DNA of 64,000 bases from Mobula hypostoma (Eukaryota), in contig NC_086124.1 of the NCBI RefSeq assembly GCF_963921235.1, positions 16,244,001 to 16,308,000 on the forward strand, read 5' to 3'. The stretch's first letter is position 1; every line of letters begins with the position of its first letter. A program made the position numbers and the translations under genes. Below the pieces are notes generated by a model. That model was given only the letters and a program-made list of their open reading frames with translations, was not told the DNA's origin and ran no database searches. This document shows positions 26,657 through 38,129 of the stretch, piece by piece.

Positions 26657-27100
26657 GTGCTACTGACTACGCCAATTGGCGGATTTGATGTTTAAGTCCA
26701 AGCTACTTTTAAAAGTCAGGAACAAGGCATGAACTTGTTGCTTCACTATCATTTTATGAAAAGTTGATAGGAGTGGAACAGTGGCAGGGTTCTAGTACTT
26801 GAAGAAGAGAGAGAAACTAAAGATGGCACACCTAGCATAAAACAGCTACTTCCATGCCAGAAGAAAAAAACCCATTCAAATCTAAATACAGTAATCCATT
26901 TGGAAAGAACTGAGTCAACACTTCAGCAAAAATTAACCAATGACAAAACACTTACTCACTTAATGAATTGCAAAGAAGCCCCAGAATTATATTTTGAATA
27001 GCCACTAGAGGCATATTAAACTGTTATGAATACAATGGCTGCATAAAATACAAGGTAAATAATTGTTAAACTGTAAAGACAATAATAATTTAAAATTAAA
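26657..27100 (-). mobile_element. ERV 5' LTR and tRNA-Ser primer-binding site
   Basis: LTR-like segment ending ...ccgCA-at-TGGCGTAGTCAGTAGCAC (26674-26657). This is 14/18 to TGGCGTAGTCGGCAGGAT, the complement of a vertebrate tRNA-Ser 3' end. It precedes the gag/pol remnants. The 5' boundary is approximate. Confidence 0.7.
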
Positions 27101-28422
27101 CATTGGATCCAACAGACTCTCAGCACCTGTGCACTTGATTCACAGAGATAATACATTCTGAAGCTCACAGATTTCTGGGTACCAACAGTGCCATTGAAAG
27201 TGTTTACAAACTCTGCCAAATAGTATCATCCAGTCAATATTTTTATCAGAGCTCAGCCGGCAATCTAACACAGCAAGCTTCCACAGGCAATATACTCAAT
27301 ATCAACAGGCACTGTGTGTGTCAAGAGTCATAGTTAACCTATCTTTTTCTCTGTCAATCAGCTTCCAAAGTTGCTACTCTGTCATTCGTTGCCATACCCC
27401 CTGCTCATCATCATCTGCTCTTACCCCTACCTCCGTGCAGAGCACCAAACTCTGCCCTGTGCTACCACGTCTCTGGTTTCTGACCTTGCTCCAGTGAACA
27501 TACAACTAATGGTTCTCCATTCTGCTTTCAGATTTTCAAGGACAGTGGTTTATTGTAACAACCAAGCTCTGTGAGTCACAGCTCTTTCGAAGCAGTGAAA
27601 GTGACCATAATGTTGAAATGACCAGGGAATAAGTTGGTTAACTACCAATGTCAGTCATACTCAGGCCTGAGATTTGTGGGACAAAGAATATGTCAGTCAC
27701 CACTGTAGTCAGCTCACCTTCTTCAGTCTGCAGGAAGTCAAGCAGGAAACTTATGGGAAACCTATGAGAAACCTCTTCACCCACAGGGTGTTTGGAATGG
27801 ATCACCACAGGTGAACACAGCAAAGGATTTAAAAGGGTCGTCGTGGAACAGAAACAATAGCAGGGACCAGCTCTGCTGAGTTGATTCCCTACTGTAAACT
27901 GGTTGTGCTGCAGATTCACTCAATACCTGAGACAGAGTTTCAAATAGAACTGATTTATTTGTCATAGATCCAGAATATTAAACTCCAGTCCTATTAAACA
28001 TGAACATCAGCAGAAAAAAACTCCTTCCATGCCCAGTGACAGGGTGCAGAACTGGGTTTGATGAACAGCAGCAACAATTGCAAAGTTCAACACGAACAAC
28101 GACTTTTGAACTTGCCTTGGAATTCAGCAAGTTAAATAGTTAAATATCCAGCATGCAGCTTATTTAAACTGTTTCCCCAGTGTGAATTTGGGAGTGTGTC
28201 ACAATATTGAATGAGTGAGTGAGTCCCTTCCCACAGAGCAAGTTAATGCTCTCGCCATCCACCCCAATGTGAACTCAATGATGCACCTTCAGCTGAGATG
28301 ACCGAATGAATTCCTTCCCAATCTGAGCAGGTGAATGGTCTCTCCCCAGTGTGAACTAACTGGTGTTGCAGTAGGGCAGATGACTGAGTGAATCCCTTTC
28401 CAAAGACTGAGCAGATGAATGG

Positions 28423-30609
28423 CTACCCTTCACTGTGAACTGACTGGTGTGCCTGTAGCTGAGATGACCAAGTGAATCCCTTCCCACAGTCTGAGCAGGT
28501 GAATGGTTTCTTCCCAGTGTGAACTAACTGGTGTTGCAGTAGGGCAGATGACCGGGTGAATCCCTTCCCACAGACTGAGCAGGTGAATGGCCTCTCTCCA
28601 GTGTGATCTCGCTGATGTACCTTCAGAGAAGATGACTGAGCAAATCCCTTCCCACAGTCCGAGCAGCTGAATGGCATCTCCCCAGTGTGAACTAACTGGT
28701 GTGCCAGTAACTGAGATGAGCGAGTGAATCCCTTCCCACAGACTGAGCAGGTGAATGGTTTCTTCCCAGAGTGAACTAACTGGTGTTGCTGTAGGCCAGA
28801 TGACCGAGTGAATCCCTTCCCACAGACTGAGCAAGTGAATGGCCTCTCTCCAGTGTGAACTCGTTGATGTACCTTCAGTTCAGATGACCGAATGAATCTC
28901 TTCCCGCAGTCTGAGCAAATGAATGGTCTCTCCCCAGTGTGAACTGACTGGTGTCTCTGTAGTTGAGAGAACTGAGCAAATCCCTTCCCACACACAGAAC
29001 AGGTGAATGGCCTCTCTCCAGTGTGAACTCGCTGGTGTGCCAGGAGGTCAGATGTCTGACTGAATCCCTTCCCACAGTCTGAGCAGGTGAATGGTTTCCC
29101 CTTAGTGTGAACTGACCGGTGTGTTATAAGCTGAGATGACCGAGTGAATCCCTTCCCACAGTCTGAGCAAGTGAATGGCCTTTCCCCAGTGTGAGCTCGC
29201 TGATGTATCTTTAGTTCAGATGCCCAAGAAAATCCCTTCCCACAGTCCGAGCAGGTGAATGGCCACTTCTTGGTGTGAACTGATTGGTGTCTCTGCAGGT
29301 CAGATGACCGAGTGAATCCCTTCCCACAGTCTGAGCAAGTGAACGGCCTCTCCCCACTGTGAACTAACTGGTGTATCAGCAGGTGAGATGACCGAGTGAA
29401 CCCCTTCCCACAATCGAAGCAGGTGAATGGTTTCTTCCCAGTGTGAACTGACTGATGTGCCAGTAGGTCAGGTGAGCGAGTGAATCCCTTCCCACAGTCT
29501 GAGCAGGTGAATGGTTTCTTCTCAGAGTGAACCAACTGGTGTTGCTGTAGGCCAGATGACCGAGTGAATCCCTTCCCACAGACTGAGCAAGTAAATGGCC
29601 TCTCTCCAGTGTGAACTCGTTGATGTACCTTCAGTTCAGATGACCGAACAAATGTCTTCCCGCAGTCTGAGCAAATGAATGGTCTCTCCCCAGTGTGAAC
29701 TGACAGGTGTCTCTGTAGTTGAGAGAACTGAGCAAATCCTTTCCCACACACAGAACAGGTAAATGGCCTCTCTCCTGTGTGAACTCGCTGGTGTGCCAGG
29801 AGGTCAGATGTCTGACTGAATCCCTTCCCACAGTCTGAGCAGGTGAATGGTTTCCCCTTAGTGTGAACTGACTGGTGTGTCATAAGCTGGGATGACCGAG
29901 TGAATCCCTTCCCACAGTCTGAGCAGGTGAATGGCCTCTCCCCAGTGTGAGTTCGCTGGTGTATCTTCAGTTCAGATGCCCAAGAAAACCCCTTCCCACA
30001 GTCCGAGCAGGTGAATGGCCATTTCTTGGTGTGAACTGACTGGTGTCTCTGCAGGTCAGATGACCGAGTGAATCCTTTCCCACAGTCTGAGCAAGTGAAT
30101 GGCCTCTCCCCACTGTGAACTAACTGGTGTGTCAGCAGGTGAGATGACCGAGTGAACCCCTTCCCACAATCGAAGCAGGTGAATGGTTTCTTCCCAGTGT
30201 GAACTGATTGGTGTGCCAGTAGGTCAGATGATCGAGTGAATCCCTTCCCACAGTCTGAGCAGGTGAATGGCCTCTCCCCAGTGTGAACTCGCTGATGTAG
30301 CTTCAGTTCAGATGGCCAAGTGAATCCCTTCCCACAGTCTGAGCAAATCAGCGGCCTCTCTCCAGTGTGAACCGACTGGTGTCTCTGTAGGTTGCTTAAC
30401 CGAGTGAACCTATTCCCACACACAGAACAGGTGAATGGCCTCTCTGCCATGTGAACTCGCTTGTGTGACTGCAGGTGGGTTGACTGGGTGAATCCCTTTC
30501 CACATTCAGAGCAGGTCAGTGGTCTCTCCCCAGTGTGAACGCGTTGATGTACCTTCAGATGAGACGACTGAGTGAATTCCTTCCCACAGTCTGAACAGGT
30601 ATATGACAT
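28423..30609 (-). CDS. C2H2 poly-zinc-finger protein (gene C), 26 fingers
   Basis: 728-aa ORF of tandem 28-aa fingers. Candidate acceptor at 31475-31476. AATAAA at 27959-27954. Decayed fingers on both sides (28164-28422 and 30610-31100). Confidence 0.9.
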   Translation of the reverse strand: MSYTCSDCGKEFTQSSHLKVHQRVHTGERPLTCSECGKGFTQSTHLQSHKRVHMAERPFTCSVCGNRFTRLSNLQRHQSVHTGERPLICSDCGKGFTWPSELKLHQRVHTGERPFTCSDCGKGFTRSSDLLAHQSVHTGKKPFTCFDCGKGFTRSSHLLTHQLVHSGERPFTCSDCGKGFTRSSDLQRHQSVHTKKWPFTCSDCGKGFSWASELKIHQRTHTGERPFTCSDCGKGFTRSSQLMTHQSVHTKGKPFTCSDCGKGFSQTSDLLAHQRVHTGERPFTCSVCGKGFAQFSQLQRHLSVHTGERPFICSDCGKTFVRSSELKVHQRVHTGERPFTCSVCGKGFTRSSGLQQHQLVHSEKKPFTCSDCGKGFTRSPDLLAHQSVHTGKKPFTCFDCGKGFTRSSHLLIHQLVHSGERPFTCSDCGKGFTRSSDLQRHQSVHTKKWPFTCSDCGKGFSWASELKIHQRAHTGERPFTCSDCGKGFTRSSQLITHRSVHTKGKPFTCSDCGKGFSQTSDLLAHQRVHTGERPFTCSVCGKGFAQFSQLQRHQSVHTGERPFICSDCGKRFIRSSELKVHQRVHTGERPFTCSVCGKGFTRSSGLQQHQLVHSGKKPFTCSVCGKGFTRSSQLLAHQLVHTGEMPFSCSDCGKGFAQSSSLKVHQRDHTGERPFTCSVCGKGFTRSSALLQHQLVHTGKKPFTCSDCGKGFTWSSQLQAHQSVHSEG

Positions 30610-32598
30610 TTCCTCGGTGTGAACTGACTAGTGTGCCAATTGCTGAGATGACTGAGTGAATCTGGTCCCACAGTCTGAGCAGGTGAACAGCCTCTCCCCT
30701 GTGTGAATTCGCTGATGTAGCTTCAGTTGAGATGACTGAGTGAATCCCTTCCCACAGACTGAGCAGATGAAAGATCTCTCTGCAGAGTGAACTGACTGGT
30801 GTATCAGTTATCGAGATGATTGAGTAAATCTCTTCTCACAGTTTGAGCACATGAATGGCCTGTCCCCAGTGTAAATTTGTTGCTATCTCTTTAGGTGGGA
30901 TGTGAGTGAATCCCTTTCCACATTCAGAGCTGATGTACAGCCACTCCTGTGTGTGAACTCGCTTGTGTGTCAGAAGATCTGATGATTAATTCAATCTCTT
31001 CCCACACATGTTACAGTTGTGCAGTCTCTCTCCCTCGTGAACTCACTGGTCTTTCTGTGGTGGGCTGAGTAAGTGAATCTCTTCCCAGATACGTAATACC
31101 GTCCTCTTTGTGAGAATTTTTGATAAATATTTAACCTGGATGACAATTTGAAATGTTTCCTGCAGCCAGAAATGTAGTGAATCCCTCACAGTCATTACAG
31201 TTGATGAACTGATCTCTCGTGAATAAAAGCTGATGTGTTCTCAGCACCCTGGTTCCAGTGGTTTTTACTGAGTTTCAACAGAAAACTTCATTTCAGATAC
31301 AAAGCATGTTTCCATTTGGGATGAGATACTCCTTTTCTTCTCCATGAATCAACAATAGATGTATTGGTGTTACAAAGGAAATGTCTGATCACTCCTTAAA
31401 TATCTGGATAAAGACAGCAAAACTGATGTGATGTGTTTGAGATTCCAGTACACGAATTACTTGCAGTTTCTAACCTGTAAAAAGATTTACAAAAGACATC
31501 AATGGACAAAAGACAACATTTCAGATGAAATAATTTTAGTCTCTACTGTGAACTCTGACATCACACTGTCACAGCGAAGTGCAACACAAGTTGTAGGAAC
31601 AACTCATCTTCTAACTGGTTGCAGCTCAGGCATCCAGACTGATAATCAAATTCTCTGTGTTCCTGTCTGCATCAGAATAGTCCATTTCTGCCTCTTTAAT
31701 CTGTGACTTGGCTCAGTTTGCCTCTCTCTATTAGTATAATTTCAAGTTCTGCTCATGCCCCACAGCGCTATAAAGAGCACATGATATTACACAGCTGATC
31801 CTGGAGACTTTCAAATTACCCTGAGCCTCCCCCCACCCAGTGAATGACAGTGGTGAACTCATCAATGGCCTCGTTGATGGCAATGCCAATGAATATGAAG
31901 GGGAGGGCAGCAGGATTTCTCATTGGAATGTGGCACTTTGTGACGTGAAAGCTACAGGTCACTTGTTACCCAGGACAAAGGTGTTTGATAACATTATGTA
32001 CCGAGAGAATGGTACAAAACATGTCCAAAGCACGGGGAGATAGAACAAAGGTGATTTTCTCAAGAACTAAAGACGATTGATTTTGTTCTTTTTTCATGTA
32101 GCACTAACACAGACATTTTCATTAACTGGAAGATAGACTATTCAATCGAGATTAACTCCGAACTATATTTTTGTTCCAAGTTCCTGATTTTGGATTTAGA
32201 CAGCTGGGACCTGACGGTGTCTGAGAGACCCATCCGATCTCAATTCCCCTGCCTATACTTCCAAAAATGCCTTACGGACTGCAGAGGACAGAGGTGCAAG
32301 TGTCACCCATGGTCGCTAACATACCCAGAATTCCCCACAAATGAGAGACCCGTCTATCCACCATGGTCGGTCTCAGCGACACACATGCGCCAGACATGGG
32401 CGTCAGTACCTTCGCTCATCAGCAGAAAACTCCCCAGAGCCCGGATACAGATCGTGGGACTGAGAGGGGAAAATGACCGTTATTGTCCCGGGATGCGGGG
32501 CCACAGCATGTCCGGAGTTCGCGGCAATTATCGTAGGGTTATGATGCGGCCGGCTGTGCCGAATGAACCTACACCCAGGGCCCACTCCAACCTGCTCC

Positions 32599-35500
32599 TC
32601 CCTCTCTCTATCTTGTTTTACGGCGGTTGGCAGCCAGCTTAATGGTGCATTACCGCCACTTTCTGCTCTGGAGTGTGCAATAGACTTACATTCTAAATCC
32701 CTTCACACAATCACACACACACACACACATACCCTAACCTACACTTCATTCTCCCCTCTTTGGTCATCCTAGTACCCTATTCCTGCTTATCCATCATATC
32801 CTATAAAAAACCCCTGTACCACTTAAGAAAGCTAAAAATACCCTGACCTGTGCTCTCTCACCCATGCCCAGCAACCCTTTTAATGTGAATTCCTGCACCC
32901 CCAATTCCCTTAGATTAATTCTCATCATCTCTCTCTGTATCCCATACTTCCTGAAACTCAGAACTACATGTTCTACTGACTCCTCTTCCTGACATTCCTC
33001 ACAAAATCCTGTCTGGTGTTTCCCTATCATTTTCAATGTTTTGTTTAATGCACAATGCCCCAGCCTTAACCTAGTCCACACAGTCTCCTCTATTCTGTAT
33101 CCACTACCTACCCCAGTACCTGCAACATTTTTTTGTATTTGATGGAAATGCCTCCCTGTCCCATCTTTCTTGCCACATTTGGTTGATTTTTTCCCAGATT
33201 ACACACTTAACCTCTGCTTTACTGATACTAATGTGCATTTCTACATTCTCTTTCTTTAACACCCTCTTTGCCAACTCACCCACCCTCTCATCCCCCTTCA
33301 CCCCTACATGTGCTGGAACCCATAGAAATTTTACCTGACCTCTCTGATTTGCAATTCTTGTGACTGACTGAAGGACTTCATAAAGTACATCTTGCCAACC
33401 GTTTGAGTGAAAAGACCTTAAACTCGCTAGAACTGAGGAAGAATCTGAGCATATCAACACTTTGACTTGTCTGGGTTTCTCCACCCATTGCAACACAACC
33501 AACACTGCCAGCATCTCCACTGTAAACACCCCTAACTTATTAGATGTTCTTCTGCTGATTCCAATTTCTTTTGCTGGTATAGCCACTCCAAAACCTGTCA
33601 CTCCTGTTTCAGGTTCCTTCACACCATCCATATAAATGTGAGTATAATCACTATACTTTTCCATCATATGACAATTAAATGCATTTACCAAATCAGTTTT
33701 ATATTTTCCTTTCCCTTTTACCTCTAACAAATGCCAGTCTACATCAGGCCATACAAGCTTCCATGGAGCTACAACCGGATAAACGACTGAAGGACTTATC
33801 CTTTGATCAAACGCTCCACATTCTTTAGCAATATCATTCCCTACCCCACTAAAGTTATCCCTCTGAAACCTCCCATTTTCCCAGAACTCCTGCAACACTC
33901 CTTTAGCAGGGTGAGAATCATTTTGCCCCTGCAAATTAGCCCAGTAATTTGCCATCAATTGCATCCTTCTTAGTTCCAAAGGCATTACTCCCATTTCTAC
34001 CTGTAGGGCTGACACTGGTGATGTTTTAAAAGCCCACATCCAGTTTCCTTATAAGAGACCTACCTGCTGATCCATATGCTATATTTCCATAGTTCAACAC
34101 AGATCCCACTAAAGCCACATACGTCTTCAACACTGAACAACTTGCTCCCCATTCCCTACCAGTCAAACATCTCATCACATTTATTACTTTTTCACATTTC
34201 TCCTCAACTTTCCTGATATGGTCTGCCCATGTTAATCGTGAACGAAATATAACTCCAGGAAAATTAAATGATCCAACCCTTTCTCATTCAATCCCATACA
34301 TCCTTAACTTCTTCCCTACCTCAATTCTTTTCCTGGTAAAAAATACAGTTTGAGTTTTATTCTACTGAAAATCTACATCCCCAATCATAACCTCACTCCA
34401 CCACTTCATCAATTGCTTTTTGTAGCTTCCTGATTGTATGCTCCATGTTCCTGCCTCTTTTCCACAAGGCCCCATCATCCGCAAACAGTGACCTACCTAT
34501 ATCCTTTGTGAAGACATCATTCATCATAATGATGAAAAGTAACGGGCTAATCACACTACCTTGTGTGCCATTTCCCACTATGTACTGTTTTGATAATTCT
34601 GATCCAATCCGAAATTGAATTTTTCTACCAGACAAAAAATCTTTAAACCAATTAAAGCCTCTCCCAACCCCCATCTTGTGCAGTTTAATTAATAATCCTT
34701 CCTTCCACATCATATCATATGCTTTTTCAATGTCAAAAAAACACTGCAACTACTGATTATTTATTTGCCTGGGCCTTTCTTAATTCAGTCTCTAACCTTA
34801 TCATTGAGTCCATGGAATTCCTTCCCTTTCTAAAACCACTCTGATAACTTGCCAGCATTCCCCTCTTCTCAAGCTCATACGACAACCTTTCTGTTATCAT
34901 CCTTTCCATTATCTTACATATATTTGATGTTAATGCTGTTGGACTGTAGCTAGTGGGTTTTGATGGATCCTTGCCAAGTTTCCTGATTGGAACTACTACT
35001 GCTTCTTTCCATGCAGCACTTGGTAATCTGCTCTCCACCCACACTCTCTTATAAAACTGCAACAACTTCAAGAGCGCTCCTTCTCCTAGATTTTTTAGCA
35101 TAACAGAGCATATCAGATCTTTCCCTGTGGAGGTTGGTCTCGATCTCTTTATTGCTCTCACCGTTTCTGCCAACGTAAATGGATCATCAATATCATCTGT
35201 TCCTTCCCTCCTGTTTAACACACCTGGGTGTTGACTCATTGTTCTTTCCCTTCTTCTTCTCTCTTCTTCAGACAAATTTTCTGAACTATGTATCTGTACA
35301 AATGACTTGGCCATGATCTCAGCCTTATCCCTAATGGAGACTGCAGTTTCCTCCTCAGATATCATTACTGGATATTCCCATTCCCTTCTATGTCCTCCCA
35401 TCCTCTTAATCATTCCCCATACCTTTCCCACACCTTTCCCACAGGTGTCGTTCTTCCTATTTTGTTGCAAAAACTCCTCCAACTTGCCCTTTTAGCTTGA

Positions 35501-37871
35501 CGTATAGTTCTTCTCACCACTGCCTGTGCCTTCTTATATTGAATCAAATGCTGCATATTATGGGTTCTTTTAACTAGCCTGGATGCTCTATTTCTGTTTT
35601 TTTTTTACAGCCTGACAACATTCCTCTGTCCACCATGGTACCAGTTTCCTATTCATCCTATTTTTATTCCTGGGTATAGATCCTTCTGCTGCCATAATTG
35701 CTGAAGTCACCTGACTGTTTAATTCATCTATATTTCCAGAAATGTCAATCTTTATCAATGCTTCTTCACTCAACTTCTGGAACTTACCCCAATCTGCTTT
35801 TCCAAACACCCACTTTGGGATTCCGCCACCTGGTCTTATTTCAACTCTTCCACCCACTGAACATAAAACTGGGTAGTGATCACTGCCTACTGCTGAAGCA
35901 GTCCAAACTCCCCAGTTGATAATGCCAGCCAAAGTATTAGACACTAACGTAATATCTAACACTGACTCAGTTCCTGTTGTTTTGTCTATCCTTGTGCCTC
36001 TACCATCATTCATACACACCAAATCCCTTTCTTCCATCAAATCTTCAATTACCTTTCCATTTGGATCTGTAATCGGATCCCCCTCCCAACCCCATATTGT
36101 GCTGTAAGCATTGAAATCTGCACACCACACTACTTTATGTCTGTTTTGTCCTTGTATCTTTAATAGGCTGTCCAAATCCAACCTTTTACATGGATTGTAG
36201 TAGTTAATTATAACCACTCCCTCCCCGCTCTCCCACACTTCCACCACTATGTATTCCTGATCATTTCCTTTTTCCAGTACCCTATATGGTATACCTTGCT
36301 TGATTAACATAGCACAACCCCCTCCTCCTCCTAGATTTCTATCTTTCCTTATCATTGTATACCCATATACCACAAAGTCTAAAGTTGGTTTCAACCAAGT
36401 TTCCTGAATACACACTATGTCCAGTTTTACAACCATTTCTTTAATAAAGTGCTTGAATTCCAGGCTATTGGCCAGTAAGCTCCTTGCATTCCATTGCCAA
36501 AGAATCACCATAATTAGTATTAACCAACCCATGACACTTCCTGGCTTGACTGATTAGCGAGGTTCTCCCTCACTTCCTCCCATGTCAGTCCTACTAACCC
36601 TAAATGGTTTACTGCTGCTTTGACCACCAGCTGAATTTTGTCACTTTTTGACTTTACCTCAGCCGTACTATTAATCACTCCTGCAATGAATGTTACTAGA
36701 GCCTTTTTGCCTACATAAATCCTGTCATTTGTTCTTTGTTGCATCTCTCGTATCCCTATTGCTCCCTGTTCATTAGGAGCATTATTCTATTCTCTTAACA
36801 TTCTTACAGCTTCTGCATAAGTGATCTTTCTTTTCACTCTTATTTCTTGAATTTTATTCTCTCGTCTCGTAACCTCACACCCACTATATGCAACATTATG
36901 AGCTCCTCCACAATTGCAGCATTTTGGTTGAACTCCTGTTCCGCACTTTCCATATTCATGATCACCCCCACATCTAGCACATCTCCTCTGCCTTTTACAG
37001 TTTTTAAGTATATGTCCAAACCTTTGACAATTATAGCATCTCAGTGGCTTTGGCACATACACCCTTACTGGGTAGCTCATGAAACCCAGGAACACCTTCC
37101 TTGGCACTCTGTCTTCTTCAAATTCAATCAATACTGATTCACTTTCCTTTTTCACTCCCTCCTTTGTTGTTTTCAGTCTTTGAACATTCATTACTTTTCC
37201 TCCTTTGATATTCCTCTTTAACTCCTCCATATTTATATTCATTGGTACCCCCGTGATCACTCCTTTACGACCACTGTTTCGTGCTCCTACCCTCCCTGTG
37301 TATTCCACCTTGCATTTTCCTATCTCTTTTAGCTTGAGTGCTTTCTCAAGTTGCTCCTCATTCGCACATCTTACCAATAGGTTGCCATCATTAAGGACTT
37401 TTGCAAATACTATTTCCCCTATCTTATTTGCCAGAGTTGTTGTTAGCACAAACGGGTTAATTTTCTTCATATGTCCCTGAGCCTTCTCATTAAACCTAAT
37501 TATGACAACACCTTCTCTCTGAACTTGTTCATCTTCCTCACTTTCAGAGCTCTCTCCACTGTCATTTCTTATTCTTTTATTCCTTTTGTCTGTTTTCATC
37601 CATCCGTCCCCTCACTAGCTCCTCATTCCCTTTATTTATCCCTTCACAATAATCCATTTCTCCCCAGCTGACTACCTCTGATGCCGAATCCCTATCCCAC
37701 TCCTTCTCCACTCTTTCCCTCAACCATACCCCACCCCCCACATTGTCCGCCATTACCGGACCCGCGCGACCCCCTCCCAACAATTCCCGCTCCTTCCCCG
37801 CTCTCTTTCCCTCAACAAGTTCCAAACCACATTCACGCATCAAGAGCAACCACCAGCCACCCACTTTACCT
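32599..37871 (-). mobile_element. Near-full-length Nimb (I-clade) LINE: gag-like ORF1, then APE, RT, RNase H and a C-terminal Zn motif; frameshifted
   Basis: ORF1 has three CCHC knuckles (36787-37599). APE: WQWNARSL, CIQETWL, DFNA, SDH. RT: FFDIEKAYD, QGSVISP, LFADD. RNase H: CSDS, WVPAHVG. 3' stem ggcggt..accgcc and a purine tail. TSD ctcc(a/g)acctgctcc at 32585-32598 / 37872-37885. Confidence 0.93.
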
Positions 37872-37995
37872 CTCCGACCTGCTCCCCATTTTCCGGATCC
37901 TTTTGTCAACAGAGCGCATGCGCAATTTTGAAAAAAAAAACCGACCGCCCTTTACGCCTGCGCATTAGATCGGTGGTGAATGTTGAAACGTGAAG
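37872..37995 (-). promoter_or_regulatory. Promoter of ZNF gene C (NRF1-type sites), displaced by the Nimb insertion
   Basis: GCGCATGCGC at 37914-37923 and cgcctgcgca at ~37955. Aligns to 6931-7065. Confidence 0.65.
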
Positions 37996-38129
37996 TTTTA
38001 AAGCTTCAAAAGTTCATTTTTATCAAAGTATGTCTGCAGTATACAACTCTGAGATTCTTCTCCAGATAGCCCCCAAACAAATAAAAACATGGAAGCAAGT
38101 TCAAAGAGAAACAGCCTAACAGCCCAAAA

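Noticed and set aside
28423-30609. 84-bp periodic repeats resembling a CRISPR or satellite array
   Set aside because: They are in-frame C2H2 finger codons, not repeat-spacer units, and the context is eukaryotic.
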